64,000 bases of DNA. Source: Malacoraja senta (lineage: Eukaryota). The stretch spans positions 1 to 64,000 of the forward strand of contig JAXLNO010000087.1 of the NCBI GenBank assembly GCA_038087875.1, written 5' to 3'. The position numbers and the translations under genes are program-made. Position 1 is the first letter of the stretch. Each line of letters starts with the position of its first letter. The notes beneath the pieces were generated by a model. It was not told the origin of the DNA, made no database searches, and worked only from the letters and a program-made list of their open reading frames with translations. Below are positions 50,552 through 63,323 of the stretch, in pieces.

Positions 50552-50773
50552 GCTGGCCTGCAGGTGCGAATGCAGAGAATGGAGAAGGAGCTGGAGCTGC
50601 TGACCGCTGCCTTCCGGGCTTGGCTAGACTGGGGCGGTGAACCGTCTGAAACCATACGCCTCCCTCCCCCGCTGATACCAGCCCACGTCATCAAGCTGCT
50701 GGGCAAGGTAACCCTTCAGACACTGGAGGAGCTTCGGAACATGCTGCCCTTCGAGTCACTGGAGAGGGTGCAG
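50552..50773 (+). pseudogene. SUN2: SUN2-like coiled-coil exon
   Basis: ttcctag|GCT...GTG CAG|gtgagt, 222 nt, open; AGLQVRMQRMEKELELLTAAF...FESLERVQ. Confidence 0.8.
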
Positions 50774-51176
50774 GTGAGTGTCAAATGCTGGCAGATTGGT
50801 CTCTTCCCACACCCCTGCCTGGCAGTGATGTGTAGAGTCTGTCCGTAGGGGGGTGAGCAGAGCCGTGATTGACACAGGAGGAAATCCAGCTGTTGCTTAA
50901 TCTGCCTGGTAGTCATTGAGAGAGATGGCATGAAAACTGGCCCTTTGACCCACTGAGTCCACGCTGACCATCGATCACCCATTTGCACTAATCTAATCCA
51001 TTTGTTATCTGGCGACTGAATCATTTTACCACAACTAGAGAGCAGTCCTGAACTACGATCTACCTCATTGGTGACCTTGGACTATATTTAATCGGACTTT
51101 ACTATCTTTACCTTGCACTAAACGTTATTCTCTTATCATGTATCTATACACTGTAAATGTCCCGATTGTAATCATG

Positions 51177-51565
51177 TAATCTCGGGCAGATGGGGCTCGT
51201 CAGCCTGGGAAGGCAGTCCATCTAGGAGAGGGAAAACTCTGATTTAGAACCTCCACTGCCTTGTGGCCATATCCAGTCATGCAAAAGGCTCCTGGAGTAA
51301 ACCTCAAAAGGCTCCGGAGTTGGAGCCCCGAAGGCAGTTCTTTGTTGTCTACAACCTCGCTCTGGCAGCTCCTGCGACGGCGCTGGTGCCAAACTGTAAC
51401 GGCCCTGCTGTTCCTTTGGATGGATCAGTGACGTGGAGAGGGGGACGTGCTGCATGGGCAATAGCCTGTCCTCCATATCACATCGCCCAGGCTTGCATCC
51501 GACCACACATCACCTGCAAACTAGGATGCATCACCCATGGTCAGTCATGGTCGAAGGGGGCCTAC
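51177..51565 (+). mobile_element. Short insertion resembling an RTE-type 5' region
   Basis: ggaaggcagtccatctaggagagggaaaactctga motif; flanked by TAATCATG direct repeats at 51169-51176 and 51566-51573. Confidence 0.45.
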
Positions 51566-51869
51566 TAATCATGGATTGTCTTTCTGCTGACTGGATAACA
51601 TGCCACAGAAGCTTTTCACTGTACACGTGACAATAAACTAAACTAAACTGAACTTTATTCTTTCCATATTGTCTTCAATCCACCCTCCCCCCCAGATTCT
51701 CCACTTGCTGACATGGAAGAGGCAATTTACCGCGGCCAATTAACCTACGGATCTGTACACATTTGGTATTCTCTCTCTACAAAGGCTCAGGCTCTGTGTT
51801 GGACAGAGGTGGAGGGGTGGGTGGGTGCGTGCCCCTGGTGAGTGTAACGCTGTGTGTGTTTGCTTCCAG

Positions 51870-51947
51870 GCTGACATCCCCGCCATCCAGCAGATGCATG
51901 AGGAGTGGACGGAGTCGGCGTTACGGAAAGTTGGTTGCAATACCAAG
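51870..51947 (+). pseudogene. SUN2: SUN2-like coiled-coil exon
   Basis: cttccag|GCT...AAG|gtgggt, 78 nt; ADIPAIQQMHEEWTESALRKVGCNTK. Confidence 0.7.
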
Positions 51948-53108
51948 GTGGGTGCGGGGAGAGAGAGCTGCTGCTGGTGTGGGAGAAAGGGTAGAGGCAC
52001 AGAGAGTCATGGTTCATAAGTGATAGGAGCTGAATGAGGCCATTCGGCTCATCAAGTCTACTTCACCATTCAATCATTGCTGACCTATCTTACCCTCAAC
52101 CCCATTCCCCTGCCTTCTCCCCATAACCCCTGACACCCATACTAATCAATAATCTATCTCTTCCTTAAAAAGATGCACAGCCTACTGTGGCAATGAATTC
52201 CACAGATTCACCACCCTCTGATTAAAGAAATTCCTCCTCATCTCCTTCCCAAAGGAACGTCCTTTTATTCTGAGGCTAAGGCCTCTGGTCCTAGCATGGC
52301 AAGCTTTCCTTCACATTGCCTGAAATGGCTGCTTTTAGTCTTTTTTTGTTTTGTTTTAGAGATACAGCGTGGAAAGTCTGCGCTGACCAGCGATCCACAC
52401 ACACTACCACTATCCTGCACACACTAGGGACAATGTACAATTTTACTAAGCTATTTAGCCTGCAAACCTGTATGTCTTTGGAGTGTGGGTGGAAGCCGGA
52501 GCACCTGCAGAAAAGCCATGCAGGTCACGGGGAGAACGTACAAACTCCGTACAGATAGTACCCGTAGTCCGGATCAAACCTGGGCCTCTGGTGCTGTGAG
52601 GCAGCAACTCTACCGCTGCACCACCGTGCTGCCCCTCAGCTGCTCTACCTCTCAGTCAGACCATTTATCTCGGCACCATTTAACACCATACTCTCAATTC
52701 TGTAATATCAAGGCCAGTCACCTCGCTGTTGAACTGGTCTCAAGGACTGGTCTCCGTAGCCACTTGGGCAGAGAATTCCCTGCAATTCCCATCCTCTGGG
52801 TGTTAAGCTGCTACAGTTCAGTGAAGTTTGCTTTCAATTGAATGGTGGATTCTGCGGACAATTGATGGGAATTTGTGAGGAACTAGTTTCAAGGAGAATT
52901 TGTGAAGGACTGGGATTCTCTGAGAGCTGGCATTGATTTGATGGGCTGAAATAGCCTATGTCATAAGGAAATATGAAGTATGGAAAAGTGACTTTTCTGC
53001 ATTACATATTTGTAAATTTGACGTGTATGTTGTGAAATAAGTAGCTGTGAGTAGAATTGAAAAGCCTCCCAACTTGAAAATAAACTTTGTTTAAATTTCT
53101 ATTCCTAG

Positions 53109-53152
53109 ATGTTGTTGCAGAAGGTGAAGGAAATGGAATCTGCTGTGGAAAG
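53109..53152 (+). pseudogene. SUN2: SUN2-like short coiled-coil exon
   Basis: ttcctag|ATG...GAA AG|gtacag, 44 nt, phase 0->2; MLLQKVKEMESAVER. Confidence 0.65.
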
Positions 53153-53710
53153 GTACAGAGTGTTTCCAGCCCGGAGTGGAGGAGCAGCAGACCCTTGGTG
53201 GGGGGGGGGGGGGGGGGGGGCTTCATCGGTTGCTGCGTGAACGTCAACGTCGCTTTTAGGTCAACGTCACTTTTAGTTTAGATGTACAGTGTGGAAACAG
53301 GCCCTTCGGCCCACCGAGTCCGTGCAGACCAATGATCACTCTTACACCGGTAGTCAGGATTGAACCCGGGTCTCTGGCGCTGTAAGGCCGTAGCTCTACT
53401 CTGCATCACCGTGCTGCCTCTGCTCCTGCACTCTGATGACTTGCTTTGTCCTGTATAGGACAGGTTTTATCTGGGCCACAGCCAGACATAAAAACAGTAT
53501 TTTTCCACAAGCAATAGCTCGACTCAACAGCCAAAAGTCTGTAGCCTCCTTTAATCTGGTACTTTATTTCCACATGTTTAAATTATAATGTCTTATTTTT
53601 AATTGTCTACTGTATATCATGTTTTTATCCTTGCAAGCAAAGCATCAAGGCAAGTTCTTGTATGTATACATACTTGGCTAATACATTTATATTGATTATT
53701 ATTAATATAG

Positions 53711-53866
53711 GTTGACAGATGAACAGAAACAGCTACTGACTGCACTGGTGCTGCTGGAGGAGCAGCTCAGCCAGACACGGCTGGAGCTGCAGGCTGTACG
53801 TGCAGCACAGAAGGACATGGGCTCCAACATGCAAGCTCTGGAAAACTGAATTAAAATATGACTGAT
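53711..53866 (+). pseudogene. SUN2: SUN2-like coiled-coil exon with premature stop
   Basis: atag|G TTG...GAT|gtaagt; LTDEQKQLLTALVLLEEQLSQTRLELQAVRAAQKDMGSNMQALEN* with TGA at 53847-53849, followed by a frameshift. Confidence 0.8.
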
Positions 53867-53901
53867 GTAAGTTTTCCCAAATAGTTTTTTATTTTATGTC
53901 C

Positions 53902-55445
53902 GGACAGGATATTCCCTAGGACATTGAGGGAAGTTAGTGTAGAAATAGCAGGGGCTATGACAGAAATATTTCAAATGTCATTAGAAACGGGAATAGTGCC
54001 GGAGGATTGGCGTACTGCGCATGTTGTTCCATTGTTTAAAAAGGGTCTAAGAGTAAACCTAGCAATTATAGACCTGTTAGTTTGACATCAGTGGTGGGCA
54101 AATTAATGGAAAGGATACTTAGAGATAATATATATAAGCATCTGGATAAACAGGGGCTGATTAGGAACAGTCAACATGGATTTGTGCCTGGAATGTCATG
54201 TTTGACTAATCTTGAATTTTTTGAAGAGGTTACTCGGGAAATTGATGAGGGTAAAGCCGTGGATGTTGTATATATGGACTTCAGTAAGGCCTTTGACAAG
54301 GTTCTTCACGGAAGGTTGGTTAAGAAGGTTCAATCGTTGGGTATTAATGGTGGAGTAGCAAGATGGATTCAACAGTGGCTGAATGGGAGATGCCAGAGAG
54401 TAATGGTGGATGGTTGTTTGTCAGGTTGGAGGCCAGTGACTAGTGGGGTGCCACAGGGATCTGTGTTGGGTCCACTGTTGTTTGTCATGTACATCAATGA
54501 TCTGGATGATGGTGTGGTAAATTGGATTAGTAAGTATGCAGATGATACTAAGATAGGTGGGGCTGTGGATAATGAAGTAGATTTTCAAAGTCTACAGAGA
54601 GATTTATGCCGGTTGGAAGAGGGGGCTGAAAGATGGCAGATGGAGTTTAATGCTGATAAGTGTGAGGTGCTACATCTTGGCAGGACAAATCAAAATAGGA
54701 CGTACATGGTAAATGGTAGGGAATTGAAGAATGCAGGTGAACAGAGGGATCTTGGAATAACTGCACAGTTCCCTGAAAGTGGAATCTCATGTAGATAGGG
54801 TGGTAAAGAAAGCTTTTGGTGTGCTGGCTTTTATAAATCAGAGCATTGAGTATAGAAGTTGGGATGTAATGTTAAAATTGTACAAGGCATTGGTGAGGCC
54901 AATTCTGGAGTATGGTGTACAATTTTGGTTGCCTAATTATAGGAAGGATGTCAACAAAATAGAGAGAGTACAGAGGAGATTTACTAGAATGTTGCCTGGG
55001 TTTCAGCAACTAAGTTACAGAGAAAGGTTGAACAAGTTAGGGCTTTATTCTTTGGAGCACAGAAGGTTAAGGGGGGACTTGATAGAGGTCTTTAAAATGA
55101 TGAGAGGGATAGACAGAGTTGACGTGGATAAGCTTTTCCCACTGAGAGTAGGGAAGATTCAAACAAGGGGACATGACTTGAGAATTAAGGGACAGAAGTT
55201 TAGGGGTAACATGAGGGGGAACTTCTTTACTCAGTGTGGAATGAGCTTCCAGTGAAGGTGGTGGAGGCAGGTTCGTTTTTATCATTTAAAAATAAATTGG
55301 ATAGTTATATGGACGGGAAAGGAATGGAGGGTTATGGTCTGAGCGCAGGTATATGGGACTAGGGGAGAATACGTGTTCGGCACGGACTAGAAGGGTCGAG
55401 ATGGCCTGTTTCCGTGCTGTAATTGTTATATGGTTATATGGTTAT
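53902..55445 (+). mobile_element. CR1 LINE RT + 3' end
   Basis: ORFs 54082-54798 and 54779-55255 (YMDFSKAFDKV, GVPQGSVLGP, KYADDTK); tail (ttatatgg)n. Confidence 0.95.
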
Positions 55446-58067
55446 TTAACTGTAAAAGGCCAAAACTTAGCAAAACCTGCCTTGGAGATGATGAAAGAGA
55501 TTGAGGTGAAGAGGAAAGTGTGGAAAGTATCTTGCCCTCTTTCCTCTCCTTCTTTAAACTCAACTCCCACTCTCCCCCTCCCTCTCTACTGTGTTCTTCC
55601 CTTCTCTCACTGTCTCTCCTTTTCCCCCTCTGCTCCTTTCCCTGTGTTCATGACGTGGTCTCCTCTACATTGGAGAAACCAAACAGGCGTTGGGTTTCCA
55701 CTTTGTGGAGCACCTGTGTTGGATCCATGGGGCACTCCTGAGCTTCCTGTTATCTCATTCTGACTCTTGGATGTGGGAGTGAATGAACAGTCTGTGACTT
55801 CCTGCACTGTTGCAATGAGGCTCAAAGCAATCTTGAGGAATGGCATCTCACCTTCCATTTGGGCTCATGGCAGTCCTCTGGGCTTGAACGGAATTCGATA
55901 ATCTTGGGTAACTTGATTGCTCTGTTAGTATCAGTTGTCCATTTGTGATAATTGAGTTGGCTTGTTTTTAAAATCTCTATCCAAAAGTGGAGGGCATGTC
56001 CATGCTGACCTGCCAGACATGTCTTGTCTGAACAGCATATCCACCTGAAACATCACCCATTCCTTCTCTCCAGAGATGCAGCCTGTCCCGTTGTCTATCT
56101 TCGGTTTAAACAGCATCTGCCGTTCCTTCCTAGACATGTCTTCTTGCTCTGCATTTTGCAACTGCTACGATCTTTGCCTATTTTCCTTATATAGAACCTA
56201 ACTGCTCCTATTCACTCCTTGACCAGATAACTTTGTGTGTAGCTTATCCCCATGGTCACCTGGTTTTACACTATCAGAGTCATCCACCCACCTGTGCAGC
56301 TTTACAAGTTTCTGTAGTCATCTCCCCAGTTCTGACGAAGGGTCTTTGACTTGAAACATGAATTCTGTTTCTCTGACTACAGATGCAGCCTGACCCGAGT
56401 GCTCCCAGCATTTTGTTTTTCAGATCTATCCCATCTGCAGTTTTCACGCATTTATTCTAACTTGTTTTTCTATATGACTGCCACCTATCAGTCCATGTTA
56501 GCACATTTGTCCTCATATGTGACAAATGCCTTTTGGAGATCTAAATACACACTACATTTACAGGAGATAGACACAAAAAGCTGCAGTAACTCAGCGGGTC
56601 AGACAGCATCTCTGGAGAAAACAAATAGAAAAGTCCTTTTCTCCAGAGATGCTATCTGAGCCGCTAAGTTACTCCAGCTTATTGTGTCTATCTTTGGTTT
56701 AAACCAGCATTTGCAGTTCCTTCCTCCTACATTTACAGGTTTCCCTTATCAACTCCCTATCACATCCTGTCAATTTTTGTCACACATGATTTTCATTAAA
56801 CCATGTCGGCTACGTTTGATTAGATGCAGCTTACCAAATGATTAGTTATTTCCTCTTGTGAACTATGAGTGCTGGATGAATTAGAATCATAGAGTGATAC
56901 AGTGTGGAAACAGACGCTTCGGCCCAACTCGCCCACACCCACCAACATGTCCCAGCTACACTGGTCCCACCTGCCTGCGTTTGGTCCATATCCCTCCCTC
57001 CAAACCTGTCCTATCCATGTACCTGTCAATTGACCTATAGTTCCCACCTTCTGTTTTATGTGCTGGGAGGCCAAGTGAATCTCACTCGCAGCCTCTTCTA
57101 CTGCTGGTCCAGGTGCCCAGTAAATGTGAGTTCTGCTTCCAACAACCATTCAGGCAGTGAACCCTTGGCCCACTGTACTAATTGCATCAAACCCTTGTGC
57201 TAATTGAATTACATTTCCAACTTTGTGTAGGAAAGATGGTTACCTTGTTTACTCTGAATGGACCAGTCAAAATATCATCACCTTATGTGTAGGAAGGAAC
57301 TGCAGATGCTGGTTTACACCACAGATAGACTTCAGTGAGACAGGCAGCATCTCTGGGGGGGGGGGGGAGGGGTGGATGACATTTCAGGTCGAGACGTCTG
57401 AAGAAGGGTCTCAATCCGAAACATGATCCATTCTTTCTCTCCAGAGATGCTGCCTGTGCCGCTGAGTTACTCCAGCATTTTGTCTTTTTTTCTATAATAT
57501 TATAACCACTCAAACAATCTACCTGCTGCAGTTCCTGGATACTCTTTCCTTGCAACCTTTTTTCTGCAGCCCTGCCACTGTCGTAAACCTTTCTTGTGCC
57601 TCTCTAGTGAACTCCCATCAATCCTGTAGAGAGGCAACCGGAATCCACACAATGTTACAGGTGTGGCTGAGCTAACATTTTTCACAGTTCCAAGATGACT
57701 GTCCCACTACCTTCAAAGATCCCACAACAAGATAGACACAAAATGCTGGAGTAACTCAGTGGGATTGACAGCATCTCTGGAGCATTAGATGCTGCCTGGT
57801 CTGCTGAGTAACTCCAGCATTTTGTGTCTATCTTCAGTGTAAACCAGCATCTGCATTACCTTCCTACACAACAATCTCTCCAAGATCTTTCTGTTCCCCA
57901 CAGTTCAGTATCCTTTCAGCTATAATGTATTCCCTTGCCTTGTCTCCCTCGCCAAAGGATCAACAATTGTAAAATAATATATTTTTTACGATGACAAAGA
58001 TACTGCTTTGCATTGATTTCAATGTCTACAAGGAGGAGCACTGACTATCCAGCTCTTGTGTGTTTAG

Positions 58068-58276
58068 AAGGAGACGGCGTTGCTCCCACTTGTCCACAAG
58101 CTGCTCTTCGGTTCATCACAAGACAGCACAGGGGAACCACTGACAGAACAGCTGGTGCATCACAAGGAACTCGAGGCCTCGCTGGCTTGGAGAAGAAGAT
58201 CCTCTCAGATGCTTCACTTTATCCTCGTCCGGCAATGGAGACACACTCGGCAGCTGTCAGAGCAGGGATTATTAAG
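58068..58276 (+). pseudogene. SUN2: SUN2-like pre-SUN exon (frameshifted)
   Basis: LVHHKELEASL in one frame continues as LEKKILSD...AGIIK|gtacaa in another; 209 nt. Confidence 0.65.
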
Positions 58277-59829
58277 GTACAAGCATGCAAGCAGCCCGTG
58301 GCTCTAACTCTGGAACGGACTATTGTAGTTCAGAACAGTAATTTATACATAATATATACAGTTAATGAAATTGGGGCATGTCTTGCTCTACCATGAAGTG
58401 TCTGAGAGTCCCTCAGTGTCTAGTGGTGGCCGGACCTTAGACCAAGGCCACCACTAGAAAGTGCTGAATTGATGTCTTCCATCAATTCAGCACTTTCGCT
58501 TGCAATGTGTCAATGAACACCACATCCTTAAACAGTGCTCCCATGAAGTGTCTGAGAGTCCCTCAGTGTCTAGTGGTGGCCGGACCTTAGACCAAGGCCA
58601 CTCCCCCACAGCCTCTGCGGTGACTACACTGGGGTTCAGTGTGTCCCTCACACACATACTCACACACCCTGGAATGTGCCAGTTGGCAGCAATTCATTTA
58701 CCCACATCTTATGCAGGAAGATCAATGTTTGGGCAGACCAACGTGAGTCTTCCGCTGAGATAATGATCTTCCAGCAGCAGTTGACATGCGTATGAAGAAA
58801 AGATGGGTCTTATTCTGCCCTCTGGCCAATTTTACAACTTACAATTAACCTACAAACCTGTACATCTTTGGAGTGTGGGAGGAAACCAGAGCACCCGGAG
58901 AAAACCCATGTGGTCACAGGGAGAATGTACAAACTCCATACAGACAGCACCCGTAGTCAGGATCAAACCCAAGTCTCTGGTGCTGTCAGGCATGAGGTCT
59001 ACCGATCCGTCACTGTGCTGCCCTGATTTAATTGCTCCCCTCTTCTGTTGGTTAGCCAGTTTTATTCCGTGAAGCAAAGTTTACTTCGCAGAGAAAGTGA
59101 GAACAAAATAGATAGACTGGAGACCAGGAGACATTTGAGATGAATGTCGATACCAGCTGGATCGGTGGCAGACGAATGAAATCTTAAACACCTGTAGAAG
59201 TGCAAGAAAAGAAGACAAGCTCATGGTTTGAAATGTGGATAGAAGCTTGGTTCTTCTCAAGCTAACATTGGACAATTGGAATTGTGTAGAAAGCTGAAGA
59301 TCTACTTTAGGTTTCAGCCGTCTGCAGAATGACCAGGATGCTGCCTGGATTAGACAGAATGTTAGAATAGAATATTAGCTATAAGGGGAGGTTGGACAAA
59401 CGGAATGTTTTTGCTGGAGCGTCAGAGGCTGAGACGAGACCTGATAGAAGTATATAAAATTATGAGAGATATATAGATAGAGTAGGCAGTCTTTCCACAG
59501 GGTGAAAATGTCAAATACGCGAGGGCGTAGAGTTAAGGTGACAGGGGGGGATGTTTAAAGGAGATAGGTGTGGCAAGTTTTTCTTGCACAGCTGTAGGTG
59601 TGTTGTCAGGGGAGGTGGTGGAAGCAGATACAATAGTAATCCTTAAAAGGCATTTGGACAGATACATGTACAGACAGGGAGTAGAGGGATGTAGACCATG
59701 TCCAGTCAGATGGGATGAGTTAGGCTGACATCATGGTTGGTGCAGACACAGTGGGACAAAAGGGCCTGTTCCTGCGATGTAAATATATGTTCTACAATAT
59801 ATGATAAATATATGTTCTACAAGATAAAT

Positions 59830-60209
59830 TGTCCTTCCTGGTTAGTCTCTAAACTAGGTCAGATGTAATGCTAAATGGCTTTGTAGCAGCCTGGATGAGG
59901 TCGGGAAAAGGCCAGAGGTCAGGCAGGTTCAACAGTAGTTTTTAATGTCGCAGCGAGAACACACACACCCTGAGAAGGACCTCGGGAAACCCCGTGGCAG
60001 ACCAACGCCCCTGTCCCTCAATAGCCGAGGGGGATGACCCAAGGAGTGGCCTAACCCCCAGGGATCGCCACAGCTTTATATAATTGAGAAAAAGAACCTA
60101 TGCAGACAGCAGTCATTTGTTGCATATGTTCCCAGCTAACTGCCTACGAATAACAATATTTTTATATCTTGGTCAGCGGGTAGAAGTTTTGCTTCCATTT
60201 TATGTTACA
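59830..60209 (-). mobile_element. Possible solo LTR
   Basis: TG...CA ends, minus-strand TATAAA (about 60075) upstream of ATTAAA (about 59942), imperfect flanks TAAAT/GAAAT. Confidence 0.3.
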
Positions 60210-60660
60210 GAAATCTTTCTCATTGTACTTAATTTTTTGCAAAAATAGCTTCTAGTTTATTATAGTTGTGTTCAATGGAAAAATGATGAGAGCAAGTAAA
60301 TGGTTGAGATTTGGGAGGGTACTTATCCAACCACTGCCACCTGGTGGCCATTCAGCTGTGCATTTAACGTTTCAGCTGGATTCTGTGCTCCAACCTGTTG
60401 GACATTGTATGAAAATTAGCTTTCAAGTTTACTTAAACAATTGTGATTGTAACATTAAATTATTGCTGCAGTTGTGCAGGATGTGTTGAGTTCTTGGACA
60501 AATTGGAAAGTTCTTCTTAGTGGTCAGCACTCAAGCAAACACTTTCCAATCCCTCTGCCAGAGTTTTGCAGTTCTCTGCAAACCTGCATATTTCTTGAAG
60601 GATTCATGATTAACTTTGTCCATTCAGTGATATGATAATGATTCTGTTTTCTCTTGTTAG

Positions 60661-61689
60661 GTGACAGTGTGATCCACACTCGCTGTACAGAGACATTAGA
60701 GACCAAGACATAGAAACATAGAAACATAGAAATTAGGTGCAGGAGTAGGCCATTCGGCCCTTCGAGCCTGCACCGCCATTCAATATGATCATGGTTGATC
60801 ATCCAACTCAGTATCCCGTACCTGCCTTCTCTCCATACCCTCTGATCCCTTTAGCCACAAGGGCCACATCTAGCTCCCTCTTAAATATAGCCAATGAACT
60901 GGCCTCGACTACCCTCTGTGGCAGAGAGTTCCAGAGATTCACCACTCTCTGTGTGAAAAAAGTTCTTCTCATCTCGGTTTTAAAGGATTTCCCCCTTATC
61001 CTTAAGCTGTGACCCCTTGTCCTGGACTTCCCCAACATCGGGAGCAATCTTCCTGCATCTAGCCTGTCCAACCCCTTAAGAATTTTGTAAGTTTCTATAA
61101 GATCCCCTCTCAATCTCCTAAATTCTAGAGAGTATAAACCAAGTCTATCCAGTCTTTCTTCATAAGACAGTCCTGACATCCCAGGAATCAGTCTGGTGAA
61201 CCTTCTCTGCACTCCCTCTATGGCAATAATGTCCTTCCTCAGATTTGGAGACCAAAACTGTACGCAATACTCCAGGTGTGGTCTCACCAAGACCCTGTAC
61301 AACTGCAGTAGAACCTCCCTGCTCCTATACTCAAATCCTTTTGCTATGAAAGCTAACATACCATTCGCTTTCTTCACTGCCTGCTGCACCTGCATGCCTA
61401 CTTTCAATGACTGGTGTACCATGACACCCAGGTCTCGCTGCATCTCCCCTTTTCCTAGTCGGCCACCATTTAGAAAATAGTCTGCTTTCCTGTTTTTGCC
61501 ACCAAAATGGATAACCTCACATTTATCCACATTATACTGCATCTGCCAAACATTTGCCCACTCACCCAGCCTATCCAAGTCACCTTGCAGTCTCCTAGCA
61601 TCCTCCTCACAGCTAACACTGCCCCCCAGCTTAGTCTGTTTGGCTTTCCACTGTGGTACCAATCTCAGTCACCCACAGCTGTCATTCAG
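60661..61689 (+). pseudogene. SUN2: SUN-domain exon split by CR1 insertion (halves 60661-60710 and about 61625-61689)
   Basis: GDSVIHTRCTETLETKT [LINE] QLSLFGFPLWYQSQSPTAVIQ|gtatat, matching the SUN motif TRCSETYETKTALLSLFGIPLWYxSQSPRVxxQ. Confidence 0.9.
60711..61635 (-). mobile_element. Young 5'-truncated CR1 LINE inside the SUN-domain exon
   Basis: Uninterrupted RT C-terminal frame (ORF 60808-61662) and tail (tttctatg)3. Confidence 0.95.
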
Positions 61690-63323
61690 GTATATAATCC
61701 TTGTACTGCTGCTCCCTTCTGTCTTGAAAGCAGTGACCTTCGAATACTCTCCTAGAGGCAGCAAGGTACAGGGACGCTATAGGTCCACAACTTCAAGATT
61801 TACTGTTGGGGGCACTACAACTAGTGTGTGTCTTCTGCTTTCCCCAGGTTTATGTGAAACATAATCTGTCTGCATAACAGTTCTTCCCAGTCAGAAGAAT
61901 GCAAGGTATTGATATATATGTCGAACAAATCCTGCATTGGCCCACCATGCGTGCTTGTTCAGTACCACAGTTGTGGGATATGGAATAGAAACATGGAAAT
62001 TATGAACATGAGTAAGCAATGTGGCCCTTCAAGCCCACTCAACCCCTCAGTGTGATCATGGCTGATCATCCAAATTGTGTCCCCAGTTGGGGGATTCCCC
62101 ATACCTTTCTCCCCATACACCTTGGTCCCTCTAGCTAGAAGAACAATATTTAACTCATGAGTATATTCAACAATATGATTTCAATTGCGTTCCATGATAG
62201 AGAATTCCTCTGGTTCACCACTCTGGATGAAGAGATTTCTCCCCCTCTGAGTTCTACGTGATCTCAACTTATTCTCGCTCTGTCATCCTGGTCCTGAAAC
62301 TCCCAGCATCAGGAACATCTTACCTCGAATCTTTCCAGTCCTGTTACAACTTTTAAATGTTGTAGGTTTCTATAAAATGATAATTCCTTCCAAACTCCAG
62401 TGAATATTGACCATTGCTCTTCATACGTCAGCCCTGCCGTCCCTACAGTTAATCTGCTGCACTTCTGATGTGTTCCCTCCATAGCAAAAATATCCTTCCT
62501 TAAGGAAAAGTGGGCTCCTTCCATCTGCTTTAACCAAACTCTGACACTTTCTGCTCCCCATTCCTCTCACCTGGATGTAGATTGCCAGTGTGTTTGTCAA
62601 ATCTTCAATTGAGTTCAGATTTTTGAATCCACTTGTGGTGTCATATAGCACAGAAACAGGCCCTTTGTGGGCCAAAATACCATTGACACCCGTTCTAATC
62701 AAGAATTGGTCTATCTCTGCCTTAAAAATATCCACTGATTTGGCCTCCACAGCCCTCTGTGGTAATGAAGTTCCTCCTCACCTCATTTCTAAAGGCGCAC
62801 CCTTTAATTCTGAGCCTATGGCCTCTGGTCCAAGACTCCCCCAGAAGTGGAAACATCTTTTCCACATCCACTCTATGCCTTTCATTAGTCTGTAAGTATC
62901 CACATATCCTCACGTGGATCGTGTCCAAAAATCCAAATCTTTGCTGTCCCTTTAGGAAGAATCAGTGTTCTGTTGAAAGGAAGGGGGATAATTGTGGGTA
63001 GAGAATTGTGGACAGCACAGTGGTAGAGTTGTTGCCTTACAGCGCTTGCAGCGCCAGAGACCCCGGTTCAATCCCAACTATAGGTGCTGTCTGTACGGAG
63101 TTTGTACTTTCACCCCGTGACCTGTGTGGGTTTTCTCCTAGATCTTCGGTTTCCTCCCACTCTCCAAAGACGTACAGGTTTTAGGTTAATTGGCTTGGTA
63201 AATGTAAAACAAAGTTGTCCCGAGTGTGGGTAGGATAGTATTAATATTTCCTGTTTCCGCGCTGTATCTCTAAACTAAACTGAGAATCTTTCCTAATGTT
63301 TTTGTTTGTGTTCTCTCTTGCAG

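Noticed and set aside
58790..58830. YEEKMGLILPSG as the remnant of the missing RYSEDRIGLADYALESG exon
   Set aside because: Similarity too weak and no convincing splice sites.
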